This document shows, one piece after another, positions 47,549 through 61,958 of a DNA stretch of 64,000 nt. This stretch comes from Tubulanus polymorphus. Taxonomy: Eukaryota; Animalia; Nemertea. The translations under genes and the position numbers were made by a program. Where the stretch lies: positions 17,367,653-17,431,652 of the forward strand of contig NC_134028.1 of the NCBI RefSeq assembly GCF_964204645.1, written 5' to 3'. The first letter of the stretch is position 1, and each line of letters opens with the position of its first letter. The notes beneath the pieces were generated by a model, which was not told the DNA's origin, made no database searches, and was given only the letters and a program-made list of their open reading frames with translations.

Positions 47549-47950
47549 AACACTTACCTCTCAACGCGTCCCGCCACGTATGAGTCCTACCGCGTGTGAG
47601 TCCCGCCTATTTATACTACTCAACAGTGGGGAAAACCAAGCTGCGTGTTGAGACTTGTAAATTATGAGGCTTGTGATTGGCCAGTGTAATAGGGAATACT
47701 CAACGTGTTGAGACTTGTAAATTATGAGGCTTGTGATTAGATAGAGTAATAGGGGTTTAGTTGTTCTATATCAAAGGTTGAGAGGTTGAGGTTGATAAAT
47801 TTTCCAAATGTTAAAATAATAATAATTTCTACTTGAATTAGGAGTGTACGCGACTAATTCAAGTAGAAATTATTGTTATTTTAACATTTGGAAAATTTCT
47901 CGGGCTCGACCTTTCGACCTTTGGTATAGAACAACTAAACCCCTATTACT
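47402..47950 (-). repeat. Polinton right TIR (includes the 5' end of pPolB)
   Basis: Reverse complement of 30757-31305. Confidence 0.95.
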
Positions 47951-48806
47951 GATATAGAGGTTGAAGCCCGCGGCCGAATAAAGTAATATATTCTTTTATT
48001 TTGATACCTCGTCGACATAACAGCTTTTCTCCGCTATATCTCTTCGGCGTGTTTAGTTTAGGCCTACGATTCCCCGGTACACTAAAGATTTATCTTAGTA
48101 AATACACGGTTAATTCGGTAAAGAAAAATAGGTATTGTTAAACTTACTCCTTGAAACCCGCAGCCAAATCACTGGTAGTAATAAATTAATGTGTACTCGA
48201 TTTGATTCTCATGATGAGGAGAAACTCGCAGCTGATCCCCGGAACGACGATGTAGTAACACACGTCGATTCGTCGATGTTTACGGCTCGACAGTGCATTT
48301 AAAATCTAAAGTAGTAAATTTCCAGTGTATCGGTAATATGATTTGATGAGGAAAATGGGCTATTGTTAAAATCACCGTTTGAAGACCGCGACTGAATTTG
48401 AAGTCTGCGGCAATAAATTAGTTCATTTATACTTGAATTGATAATCGAAGTGACAGTCGAACTGCGGGTTGATTTCGGGATGACGACTCGAAAAACATGT
48501 CGCCCCATTGAATGGGGCTAAATTTTCGATGTTTACGGCCCGACAGCGCTTTTGTAACGATGATTCGTGAAAAAACACGCGGGCTATTTGTAGATCTCAG
48601 TGAGCTGAACGATATTATATGGATTGTATATGAAACAGTGGTAAGGTAACAAAGCCTATGTTCTTTTGGTAAAAATAGTGTGGAAGAAAATAATAATTAT
48701 AATAATCACGCGGATATCAATAGGGTTTTCTGTGAAATAACAGAAAACCCTAATAATAATCACGCGGATATCAATAGGGTTTTCTGTGAAATAACAGAAA
48801 ACCCTA

Positions 48807-49105
48807 AATATATGATAATCATAAAAGTAGTAATGAAATAAATGTTGAAATAATTATAACTAAGTTAACTAAATATTTTGAAGAAGGTGATTTCTTTTAT
48901 TAATGAATGAGTGATAATAAGTGGATAATAACTGGTTTATATAATGGAGCATTACTATCAGTTAGAACTGTTGGATATACAATGGTATTAAAATTGTATT
49001 CAAAATGGGAAGTATTAATGTTGATAGATTTGATATAAATGATATTTCAAAATTAACGTTAGCAGTTACTTTATCTAATTTAACAATTGGTTATTTGGAA
49101 AAACA
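48807..49105 (+). pseudogene. ~300-bp diverged fragment of Polinton internal genes outside the element
   Basis: Reverse-complement homologue of ~41817-42115 (MSDNKWIITGLYNGALLSV...) with substitutions and a frameshift. Confidence 0.88.
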
Positions 49106-49603
49106 TGTACTTATTTCTCTTTACACGGAGCAAATAGAAGCAGCATGGCAATATATTAGTGCAGGAACTTTAATTAGCTTTCATATGATATATTATATGT
49201 GGGGTTGGTCACACATTTTGTCAGTTTTAGCCATCCACAATGGATTTTTGAGTGGATGTACATCACAGATCTCACTTTGCTACTTGTCAGCAATGTTACT
49301 ATAGTCTACTGTCCTATTTTAGAGCTAGGCCTTGCTGGCATGCCTCAAATGTACCCTTGCTTTTTATGAGGAATGTCTACATTTTGTTACCCTTACCCTC
49401 CTGCTGCTCTGTCTCTCGTCGACGCCGTCGTTAGTGTCTGATGGGTGTTTACTTCTGTCGACTGGCGATCATGACATTTAGATTTGATTAATCCCTAAAA
49501 AATCACTGGATAAAACCAAATGAGCCTAGGCCTATAACAATCAAATTGAAAACTGAATATTATTATATGATTAAATTTAATTTTCCTGTTTGTTTCTTCA
49601 TTT

Positions 49604-50022
49604 GAGGATTCTTTGTTATGCGGGGGACACACTGGGCAATTTCGTCGGCGGGTAAAATCGCCCAGTGTGTCCGGGTCGGCGATTGATGATAGCCCTCGGC
49701 ATTCCAAGAACAAGACTCAAATATTCTCCATTATAACGTATGTATTAATTCAAAAAGTTATGCTTATAATTCATTGATACATATTCATTCATTTTATGAT
49801 TAAATGTATTTGTCGTGTTATTTTCTTCTTTTCAGGATTCTTTGTTAAGCGGGGGACACACTGGGCGATTTCGTCGGCGGGTAAAATCGCCCAGTGTGTC
49901 CGGGTCGGCGATTGATGATAGCCCTCGGCATTCCAAGAACAAGACTCAAATATTCTCCATTATTACGTATGTATTAATTTAAAAATGTATACTTATAATT
50001 CATTGATACACATTCATTCATT
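49604..50022. repeat. 229-bp tandem duplication, each unit with an 18-bp-stem hairpin
   Basis: ggacacactgggcgattt-12 nt-aaatcgcccagtgtgtcc at 49854-49901, and at 49625-49672 with one mismatch. Confidence 0.85.
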
Positions 50023-50291
50023 GACATTGAATACATTGACATTGAATACATTATAGAGAAAACAACAAAATTCCATTAGCCAAAATATCCATGGCATAGA
50101 TCAATGAAATAATTAATTTATTCAATCATCTCTTTATCAGTAGTGATGTATAGTTTCTACATTTCATCTATGCTATTGGAAACTTAGATAAACAAATTAA
50201 CATTAAAAACTGTTACACAATATACCATATTCAAATGATGAAATCTCGTCCACATACTTTTTACTAACGTTGATTAATTGTCATTGTAGGT

Positions 50292-52592
50292 TTAAGCAGG
50301 CTTGTTGCATTGTTGACACAAGCGCTTTCGCTCGGAGGTTTCAGAAGAATAATGATAAAACCCACCACAAGGACATTTGCGTTTCATTAATTTTTCATCA
50401 ACGTCACTGAATTTTGTCGAGTACAACGCCTGATTCAGGAATAGTAATTTTGATCGGCGGACGTTGTCGCGTATCGTGCAATATATTCGGTTGTCGCGAT
50501 TAACACTGGCATGCTTGCATTCCAAGGACTGTTCGGAGAATAATCCTAATGAACCCCACATTTCATGAATGCCGGAGTGTGGTGCAGTAACGTATGAAGC
50601 TTGGGGGTTATATTTACATTAGGAAAGTTCTCAGCAAAGAATTTACCGAACTTCGAAACCTTTTTACAATAATCTTCTACTTCAGTCGCAGATAGAAAGC
50701 GTGATGCAGAATAAAGTGATGCTATCTTGCTGAATTTCTGGAACAATTTAGTGAACTTATTACATTCGTCCGGGTCATGATCTTTTAAAACACTACACAA
50801 TAAAGCTGGATTGTTGACGTCGGCATTCATTCGCAGAATTTTGTAAACATGGTTGCCTACAAAACTCTGGGAATGGTATGCCTGACGGTCAACCCCGATC
50901 TTCTTTAAAATTTCGTTTAAGCCATGTTGAACCGGCCCAAAGGATGCATTAACAGCCTTAAAGGTTTCGGATAGTTCACTCTGTTTGATGCTTATATTTG
51001 ACTTTAACACAGCCTTCTTAGATTTTAAACCTTCTACTTCGGAGGTGAAGTGTTTTACTATCTTGTTAGCAGACAGTGTGTTGCCAGTTTTGCATTCCAG
51101 ACAGATAAAGTTTTCTGCCTGAAATCCAAAACTTGCAACACACTGACTGTGATATAATGCTTCACAACTTTCACACTCCTTGAAATCGTTCGGGGGAGAT
51201 CCTGGCACATTTCTTATGACACATATTTTAGCCTGGCATGATATAACAGCTCTACCTTTTTTTTGAGCCTGTTTTAGTAAGTCTAATATTTGGATTTTAT
51301 TGTCGATTTTAATCTGTGTGTCACTTAGTTCCGCCTCCAGTGCACAGACCGCTGCAGACTGGCTCTTCCATTTTTCATATAATTCATTGTTTCGATCTTT
51401 TAAGCCTTCATTATCACATTTTCGACACTTGTTTTCCAGCAGATTGAAAAATAATAGTACTAAACCGAGTGAAATGTGCAATGAAGGTGGAACTAAGTGA
51501 TCCAGATTCTCTATATCGCACATCATTTTTCGACTGATGCTTTTAGTTGCAGGTCCAGGATTCTGGTTCCCCTGGGATTCAGGTTCTGGATCTCAGAAAT
51601 CTGTCTGAAAATTTGACCGAAGACTTTAGTCAGATTTTCCTCATTGTCCACTGCCTCAAAGTAGGATAACATGTCAGTGTGATCCACACTATCAGCTACA
51701 GTGCTATTGATTATTGAGCATACAAGTTTAGTGGACCCACCACCTTTGTCGGCTCCAACTTTTATCCAAATTTCCCCATGAAAATTTGGATTTTGTTTAT
51801 TCAGGTCTAATTTCTTGCTATCTATCAATGTCTTAATTTTGGATTCAATAAACATTTTGATATTCTTAATTGATACATAGGCCACTGGCTTTCTTTCTAG
51901 AGTTCTCTGATTTACAATTAATTCTAACTGCCCAGTTTCTATATTGTCACTTATATTACTACTGCGAGAAATTATTTCGGCTCTGATCTTATTTGATGAT
52001 GGAAAAATATTGATGTTCATATCTCGTAGCTTCTTTTCTAATAACAAAAACTTACTAAGCGTAAGCCTTAAATCCAGCTTAAGGTCAACAGCTTCTTGAG
52101 GATTGAGCTTTTTTGGCATAGCAAGGATCTTTGATTTACTGATTACCAATTTGCGCAAGTTTTTGCGCATCCTTGTCTAAAAGAAATGCTATTGTTGTGG
52201 CTGTTTCCTCATCACAGGTAGACTTTGATGAAATTGATGAAATAAAAGATTTTATTTTTGCTGCTCGTTTCTCAAGAGTCTGTCGACTAGAATTTGATGA
52301 ACTGGTATTTGGTTCTTCGACCTTGTAAAACTTGGCAGTACGATTTGTTGCTGCAACACGACCAGTTATATAATCTTCTGATGAATTAACAATTATTATA
52401 GTCAGTACATATGTTCTTTATGCGATAATTTTCAGCCAATAAATTTTCATGTTTCAATTCAAGTTCTTCAATTCTTTTTCTTAATGAAATCTCTGTTGTT
52501 GATGATGGTGTTGGACTATTTAGACTTTCTGTGCTGTTGCTACTAGTGAATGGTTCCGGACTGTTTGGCAACTCCATTTGAATATCGTCCAC
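50292..52592 (-). pseudogene. Decayed Chapaev/Transib-like (RAG1-related) DDE transposase with PHD-like insert
   Basis: EIWIKVGADKGGGSTK, PPSLHISLGL, C..C...YH..C...C..C, QAYHSQSFVGNH, ITPKLHTLLHH, GLFSEQSLECKH. Broken into four ORFs by stops and frameshifts. Confidence 0.75.
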
Positions 52593-54926
52593 TTGGTCAT
52601 CGCTGCCTAGTAGGTTATGTGTGTCATGTTGTTTATTACCAGATCCTTATGAAAATAATTTTAAAATGGAATTCTTTCAGGCATTTCTTTCTTTCACCGA
52701 GACACGATATCGTACGAATATCTTTTAAATTGAAAAGAATCATTCTATCATGCTTTATAGAAATATAATTGTGATTTCCTATGCAAGAAATGGGCCTATA
52801 GTTCATATCATTAAATCATGGGCTAGGTTACCAGACTACTTACCAGACTCGCAGGATCAGGATAGTATTAGTATGTGTTAATAATGTTTAAATTAAACTT
52901 ACTTTCCCAAGGAAATACTACACCTGTCTGTGGGTTTGTTAATACTCCAAAGCCTTTTGACCTCGACAAAAGGTTGCCATGGCTCCTACATATCCAGTTT
53001 GTGGAATAAATGAATCCATCACTCTCTTCCAACAATGATTAACTCCAAACTCCCAACTTTATGCTCCATACATAGCTTTCTCGGAACTAAAGTGCAGCTC
53101 GATACCTGAGGGGTCACTCTCTTTCTGAGCAAAGCGCTCTAAGAATTCTTCGATTTTCTAATAATTGCAGGTTTTTTTGGCTGAATAGAACCACTTTACT
53201 TTTTAAGTGTGCCCCAGTATTTTGAAATCCTGATAAAACTGAGGATTTGCCAAAAAAATTCTATGACCCTATTCCTTTCCTCCTGCATCCAGAACATATA
53301 AATAATAACGAGAATAAATTAAATCAATTAATATATTTATTAATAAATTAATAAAGTCTTAACACAATTCTTTTTAATATATAGGTCAATTTTTATCCAC
53401 ATACATATGCATTTAGTTTATGTAATCTAAAATATACCGACGAATAATGTATAATTCCAAAAGTTGTGTATAATTTAGACCTATATTTAGAACTCTCAAC
53501 AATGACAACATTATAATATATACTTACTTGATTCTACGAGCTTTTTAATTTTCTGTTTTGAGGCTTGAGTCTTTCGACCGAAATATCCTTTTCGCTTTCC
53601 TCTTCCACCTTTAGATGACATCTGAAAGGAAAAACATTGCTTTTTGATTTCGCATTGATTTTTTACACTAATCATACATGCCAGGGAGAGATCGCTGATA
53701 CATGTTAGATTATAGAATTTGCCGGGGTAATAATACCGAAAAGGTAAAACGCTCTGAGCAGCCTGGCTGGATTTAACGCATTTTAAGTGCTATTTAGACA
53801 ATAAAATCTGATATTGCATTATACCTATCAGTCATGAGACAACGAAAAATCTAAGATGATGATAATGATAATAATAATACAGAACATACCTTAATGATAC
53901 AACAAGAAAACACCACGGGTTAAATGGTAAAATGTTGGTGATGGATCTAAAATAAAAAGCAAATAGGCTCTAAATATTTCATGGTCACTGGTCAATTTGC
54001 ATCCAGCAATAATCTGTTAATATATTGTTAAATCATCAATTATTATACAGAACATACCTTAACGATACAACAAAAAAACAGTAGATACAATGGTACAAGA
54101 TGGCACTAGTCGACGTCTACAGTCCACTGTGGCGACAGAATATAGCCTAGGTCTAAAAGGAAAAAAAACAAAAAGGCCGTAAATTATATGACAAATAACA
54201 TGGAAAATCACACTCACAAATCAATTTTTATCCAGCAATACATCGGTTTTATAGCCTGCTGCTGGTACTTACTTGTATAGGCCTCAGAACCAGAAACAAA
54301 TTACGAATAGGCTTAGATTTGGCATATGAGTCAGTGGTATATAATTCTCAAAGTATGGGGCATTACAATTTAGTCGTCCAGTGTGTTGTGGATTTGAAAT
54401 TCGGCTGACAAATGGACTATGAAAACTGACATCAATAAAATGAACTTTGAATTTAAATTGAATTTATTTTTTACATAAAAACGGATGATATTTCATAAAG
54501 TACGATATTTCATTATATTTTCGACAAACGTGATACTAAGGCCTTTTTAAAAGTAAAACCGGATAGTATTTGACGAACGATCGCCGGAAAACAACGACGT
54601 AAATTTGGCCGAAATTTAACTTTCAGAAAATTTCTACGCAAAACGGCCGACACACATTTAAGCCATTAAAACACACAAAATAGTCACGGATTTCCTCTTG
54701 GACGTATTTAGCTACATCATTGATCTTTTGTTCTTGGAGGATAAATGGCTAATGGTACATAAAAACATGTAATTTGTATAAAGGAAGCGTTTTAATTTCT
54801 TTACCGGCAATATTCTGTTCAACGCACCGCCATCTTGGATCCACTGTAAACAATCATCGCGCTATTCGGTAAAAGTTGCACACAAGGTAAAGGTCGCGAA
54901 TAGTTAGTATTATGGCAACGGTCGTG
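50292..54926 (-). mobile_element. Chapaev/Transib-like element; only one terminus visible
   Basis: The minus strand begins CACGACCGTTGCC exactly at 54926, where similarity to copy 1 (position 586) resumes. The other end and a TSD were not found. Confidence 0.5.
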
Positions 54927-56104
54927 ACAACATCAACCATTACTAAACAGGCTATTAGGAAACAGTATCAATGATAGGTCGCCAAAATGGCTCAGCAGTT
55001 ATCTCTGAACGAAAACTTGTAGCCGAAATCAACGGAACGCCTCATCTTGGAATAAGTCGGTCAAACTAGTGGAGTCACGCAAGGTAGTATCCCAAGTTGT
55101 CTTCTGTTTAATGTCCTGACATATGACATACACAGTAATCCAACATATACCAGACCGAGTAAATTTCTAAATCGACCTTAACACGCTGTTCGACCAAAAA
55201 ACTTAATGTTCCAACAAGAAAATCTTGTTCGAATGAAAATAATTCTGTTAGATCGAACAATATTTTGCTTGAACCAAAAATCTTCTTCATTCTGACAAAA
55301 AATGTGTTCGAATAAAAAGCTATGTTATTGTTGAAATGAAAAATTTTAAGTCCCGGCAAAAAAATTTGGTCGAGCGAAAACAATTGTTTCGAACGAATGT
55401 TTGAATGAAAACAATTCTGTTCTATTGAACAAAATACTTCATACTTTCGGTTCGGAGAAAAAACTTTTTTCAATATACTTGTTCGAACGAAAAACTTAAT
55501 GTTCTGACAAGAAAATTCTGCTCAAATTAAAAAAGATTCTGTTCAATTGAACGATTGTTCGAACGAAAAACCTTTCGTTTGGACAAAAAAAAGTTTGTTC
55601 AACTTTGTTCTTACGATTTTTTCAAATTGGTTCAATCGTATAGAATATTATTGGTTCGAACGAAATAAATTTTGTTCCGACGAAAGAATTTTCAAGCGAA
55701 AGGTCTTTTGAACGAAAAAAAAAGATATTTCTGGTGCTCCGCAGTAACTTAAAGCCGGATGTAGGTTGGTCTTGTGACACGATCGCAAGTTTCAGTGCAA
55801 GTCGGTTGCAATACGATTGTGTGCGACTAGTTTCTGCCAGTCGCAAGAGCGCGTCGGTTGGTTGTGACAGTCGTGTCGCTTCGCAGATAGCAGAACACGT
55901 ACGACTCCATGTGACTGGCGTTGCTGAAAGATGAGGACGCCAGTGATATGCCGACTGAGTTTCAATTCGTCAAAACGTCACGATGTGTCAACATATTTAT
56001 GTTGACTTGATGCGATATATCGCGATATATCGACATAAATATGGCGACTTGTCGAGTTGGAACGCGACAACTCGAGGCCCTTTATCGCTTCCGTAGATCT
56101 TTCA

Positions 56105-59100
56105 CATTATGAGTTTTCCGGTTTGCTCGGCTACCCGTACTGGCGGGGTAGTCTAGAGAGGCCAATGAAAACTCCGGTTTGCTGAACCATCCCTCTTTGC
56201 GGGGATGCGGTATGATGTTTGATCTGACAGTTTCAAGTGGTTAATGGCTGTTTCAAGTGCTTACAACGATGCTGATTACTTTGTGGTACATGGTGGTTTA
56301 AAAAAAGATTTCATAATAATACGCTCACCGCGTGGGCTTCGTAGAGAGACCACTACCTGTGACCTTCCCAAATTTTAATTGTCCTGTCCGATTTGGTTTC
56401 ATCCAATTGAGAGACTGCCTTTTCCAGTTAGGGCATTTTTGGATCACGTCACTCCAGGAAATGACTTAACGCTTTTGGGCCCCTTCGTCGGTTCCACATG
56501 TTTCATCTGAGCTATAGACCACAATGGTGACACCATGATGGTCAGTAACTGACCAATTGAGATATCCCCGAGTCTGAACACTTGACTTCGAATTTCGGAA
56601 ATTTATCATGTAATGTTTGTTTTCAAACTACTAAGGAATCATCATTGCAAATTCATCACTGACCATCACTGACCACCAATGACCAATTCAAACATGAAAA
56701 TGATATACCGCGTTATGGTGTCAAACTAGAAAGGATTCGCCATTGAAAATCCATAAATTGACCATCACTGACCACCACTGACCAATTGAAACTTCTTGAA
56801 AGAACGATATACCGGTACCGCATTAGATGTGAAACTAGAAAGGATTCGCCATTGAAATTCATAAATTGACCATCACTGACCACCACTGCCCAAGTGAAAC
56901 TTCTCAAATATCGTGGTCGAATTCGAAAGTGCTTGTCGTCGTATTGCTATTTCAAGAAACCAGCAGAAAGTTTTGCTACTGTTTTTGAATGGCGTTGACA
57001 TGATGGAAATTTATTACCCATAAATGGGTTACACATCTGGATCACAGCACCTCACTTGCCGCAGTGCGTTATTTTCACTGCATAGTAATGCTAATACATA
57101 AACTTTTTTACTACTTGACTCGAATCATCTGAACAGTACTGCGTTTGAAAACTCAACGAATAGAAAATGCGGGAAGCGCCTACAAATAAGTTATAATAAG
57201 ATTAATTAATCGATGCATGAAAAACAATTAAATCACAAGGTGACTAACACCCGTCTTTCAACCAATCTGTGCGATACCAATTAATTAAATCATTACACGC
57301 ATTGGGTTCCTAATATTTGAAATCATGTGATACAATAGTTGTTCTTTAGACTTGGCCACTTTCATTTCAGAAAACCGCGTACTAGACCAGTGGTCACCGA
57401 GGCATTAACCATTCCTTCAAGTTTTGGAAATTCGATGGTAACGCGGATTCTTCGCCTTTAAAAACTGTTTCGTTAATAGTTTTCTTTATATGAAAAGTGT
57501 TCATAGGAATTGAAATTTGGAGTGATATAAGTCACAGCTGTAACCCTTTTTCATTGTCAGTTCTTTTTTGGAATTCAAGTAGATTAGTGAAAATATCAAT
57601 GATGAAGTTCACTTATTATACCGTTTTTACTGTCGCATGCGAGTCGAAACAAAAAGATCTATCTAACTGCATATCTTCGGGTATAAACTGTGATATCCTT
57701 CAGTATGTTATGAATATCTTTAAAAATTTGTGTTCTAGTGTAATACCCGAAGGTTTAACTATCGGACACAAGATTCACCATAATCAAAGTTTTTAAGAAA
57801 ATCGTTCTTCGAGAAAGAAAGATCTTTAAAAGAGCGATTGGCGTCAAACTAATCCATAATGGACTGTTGTGAATTTATTGAATAATCCACCTGAGAAATT
57901 TAAAGATTTCGAAGCGAAATTTATTCCTATAAATCAAAAATGCATGAATAACTTGACGTTATTTGCGGGTCTCATGAAACACTTTCGTGCGCTCTTTTTA
58001 AATCTAAAATAGCATACATACATGCGTGTTTCGTTATAAACAAGGTTAAATTCCAAACGCACATGAAATATGGAGCCTGTATCACACGATATACACATCT
58101 TGAATTTTCTCTAACTACGTAGGCCCTTTCTAAATGGGAATTGTTCAGTTTTTTAACGGCCGACATTCAGAGGCACCTAAAAAACCGGTTGTATAGCACT
58201 TGAGATTTTCAGTGTAGGGCACATCTCACATCGACTTGGCTCGCGGTCGGTGGTTAAATGGGAACACATCTGGTTGTCACTAGTTCAACAGTTGACGAAT
58301 TCAGAAAACTTTTTTCAAATGTCTTTGATAACTTTTTAAACATAGTATTCTTCTTAATTACATTTCGCTGATTCCATAGATATTTTTTCATGAAAATTGC
58401 TCCAGTTATAACGGATTTAAACATACATGTAAAATGATTATTTTCAAAATATTCAATTTTCTCCGATTTTGAAGAAATTCTGACACAATATCATCTCCAC
58501 TCGACACATGATTTTACTTTGGCGCCTTTGAAGGGAGTGTCACTTGTTGTTGAGTTCATATTTAGTCAAACAAGAAGATATGCCTGATTCCTTTTTAGAA
58601 TTTAGATTTCGAAGGATATCATCAAATTGCTAGAAAGGGACAGCAGCTTTCGGTCATCCGCAAAAATATACCTAAAATGCTCTCCTAGGGTTATGGAAAA
58701 ACATGTCACGAAACATACCGAGAATCCTTTGTTTGGTAGATTGAAATTATTGAACTCTTAAATAGCAACATTCAGAGAAACAAAAACATAAGAATATATT
58801 CTCGCCCACCCTTAAAAAAAACAACGTGATTTCAATTGAAGATGACACGTAGCCTCATATCAAATGATATGAACGCAACAGAGCCTATTCATTCTCTTTA
58901 CGAGGATGGGTTTCCACATTCATAGGATACGACACGAGATTCGTGGGTACGAATGATGAATACAACTGATAAAGCGCCAATTTCACTGATTCTTGCACAT
59001 AAAGGTGTTTTAGAGTAATCTAGTTAACAGGCGTGTTTTGGGAGTATTTTGAATTTAAATTCAAATCGGGGTTCATGACGAATATTGAGCATTCTAGGGC

Positions 59101-61872
59101 TGGAGCAAGAAACGTGTGGGATCGTCCGCCAATGGTATCGCCAAAGAAATAATAAGGAGCCAGTCCGTGGTGGCTATTGAAAGCGACGACCGCATGTGAA
59201 TGCATTGATTGAATGACATCTCAAAAGTCAGATTATATAAAATTGAACATGATATATGGATAGGTTATTCCATATATACTGGTAAAAATGATGCCCAATA
59301 TGTGATATAAATGTTCAATTAAAAAGTAGAAACCGAATCCATAATTCAGTCTGGTATTGTTATAACATCAAACACTCAAATTTAATCCTTTGTTAGATTG
59401 GTAGCCAGTGTGTAGATGAGCAAGAATAGTGGTCCCTAATTTTAAAGTGGACCGTTCAACAAGTTGGAGTTTGTGTAGAGATGAATGAGTTTAAAATGGA
59501 GTGGAATTTAGATAATACTGTTTGAATGTCTATTACTCAATCTTTTTATTGATCATAAAAAATTGTGGTAAAATATTTGACTCTAGGGTTGGTTTTAGAT
59601 TGTGTCTCTCCACGCCATAGGTAATCACATATCTCAGTAATGATTAATTTTCCCACAAATTCTCCCCTTCGAAAAACCTAAACAACCAATGTACGCTTGC
59701 TCTAAGTTTGCCAATGCACTATTGTTACCTTTTCTAGCTATTTGCACTAGCTGTTTGTCGCAAATAGATTGCATCCTCTATTACAGGAGTAAAGGATACA
59801 GCTCTGGGACCCGTTTCTCAAAAGATAGTTTAAATTAACCATCATCCAATATGATACATGACTAAATACACTGAAAGAGATCAACTATGTACACATTTCA
59901 AATTTCAAACCATGTTTTATCATTAGAAAATTACGACACAACGTTCGATCTCTCACTAGAGATAATCTTTTTGAATTTGTACACTGAGTTTTCGTATCGT
60001 ATTATCGTATTTTCAATTCTCTGCTTTTGAGTCAACAAGTACAAAGTTATTTTAGCAATGAAAATTTAATTGTCAGTATAAATGTTAACTATCCACTGGT
60101 AAACTTACTAACTTTTGGCAACTGACCTTAGATCGTGGAATGGTCTCAGGTGGCCTGCTGATCCACTCTTTATTTATACTACTAAAGAAATATACAGTTT
60201 AAGACGTAAAAAGTATATGAACATATTATTTATCTTTATATCGCGATAATTCGTGTACGTATGATTGAAAAACGATATTCTATCAAATCTCATGGTACTT
60301 ATGATTATTGTGTATAGAATCAATAATTAGCAACCCTCCACGGATACGAAGCAGCCTAAGTTTACATCCTACCAAAATTATCCTCGAAACTCTCAGCATT
60401 ATTTCAAGGGTCGGTCTTAGAAAATATATGAAGGACGTGATCACAGGTTAACGAGGCCAAAAATCTTCCCCAAAATTTCAAATTTTTACAAGCAAAGATA
60501 ATATACTTCATGCTTTTGGTGCAGTAAAAAAATACATGTCCACAAAATGCAAATTGTGTTTTCAAAGTAAACAATTGAGTGTGGAATTGTTTCGAATTCA
60601 AGGTTTTCCCATTAACACTCCGGTATTTTTCATTAAGATAAGTCAAACTATTGTTGTGATGGCCAGTTGAATACTTCATCATTATATTGAAAGATATGTT
60701 ATACTTAATGCATCTTTTCTTAGGCCTTACATCTCTATTGGTTAGCGTTGTGATCACTTAAAATTAACCATAAGTTTGAATTCTCACTGATCTACTACAT
60801 CTCTATAACAAAAATATATTTCATATCAGGCAATTAGCTTTGATCTGTGGTCAGTGGACAGCAGCTACGAAACATTTAAAACTACTACATTATCATTCCA
60901 TCTATTCATGTATATATAATATGATATGATATCTTCTTTGTTCAGTTTAAAAGTCTTGATCGTAAAAGTTTGACAAGTCTCGCATGTTGGTACCGATACG
61001 CACGTTCACGCGAGTGAAATGTGCACGTTACAGGCTCAAATGCGCACGTTACAATTACAAATGGAAACGTTGTTCGTTCAAAACCCTACGTAAAAATCTT
61101 ATGCATTTTAGCGGAATTTCAAAGTTAGCTCGCTACCTACAACAAAAATCGGACAAGACTTTTTCAAGCGACAAATTTAAATGTAAGAGCTAGTAGTACT
61201 AACGAAGGATTCACTAAACATATAAATTGGGGGGTTCTGGTTAGCACTGGTAACTGGTCTGTACTGGTCAAGCATTGGTCAGTTAAACAATTTTTAGATT
61301 AATGCCCACATCATATCTAGTTATTTGACACCAAACAACTTAATTGTATGCAAACAAATAATTTACTATATGGTCAGTACTGGTCATGCATTGGTCAGTT
61401 AAAAGACCATGGTCCACGCCACATTTGATACCAAACATGATTGGATTGTGTCGTTTCGAAAATTTATCTGTTGGGCAATTTGTGGTCAGCCCTGGTTCGT
61501 TAGGTTCTTATTTTGCGGGCATTTTATCTCGAACCCCCGAAAGACCGAATCACTAATTAATTCACCAGATCGTTAATTGCTGAAAATGAAGATTAGTGTT
61601 TAACTAATAGTCCTTGTCTGAACAAAATGTCTCTGGTATGGGTCCTATGGAATCATGTCCGTACACCGTACTGTATCTTTGTACTGTATCTTTTTATGTT
61701 CACTACTACCGTAATTGACTATGATGTTTTCAAGTGGTCTTAAGTAGCGCTAATAGCCGAAAGTCGTTGATTTATGTGAAATTTACATACAGCGCCACCC
61801 GTTGATAGTAAAACTAACCCGAGCATTACGGGTGTTAAATAGATACGCTAGCAAACCGGCATTCTCATAATG
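56105..61872. mobile_element. Second copy (~5.8 kb) of the CATTATGAG TIR element, no TSD
   Basis: Same termini as 1920-8131. The empty site agatctttca|ttaagtagg is at 1750/1751. Confidence 0.8.
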
Positions 61873-61958
61873 TTAAGTAGGATCACTTGAATGATCGCTT
61901 TAATATCACTTTAAAAAAAAGAATCTGCCAAAATGACCTTAATATTCGACACTATATG

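Larger units (their letters stand above)
30757..47950. mobile_element. Polinton/Maverick (adintovirus-like endogenous virus), 17.2 kb, full length
   Basis: AGT...ACT termini, 549-bp TIRs, 6-bp TSD gatata (30751-30756, 47951-47956), empty site at 63985-63990. Encodes pPolB, rve integrase, A32-like ATPase and capsid genes. Markedly more AT-rich than the flanks. Confidence 0.96.

Noticed and set aside
57560-57980. Copy-2-specific ~420-bp insert with faint resemblance to a hAT transposase fragment
   Set aside because: Similarity is too weak to call without a database search.
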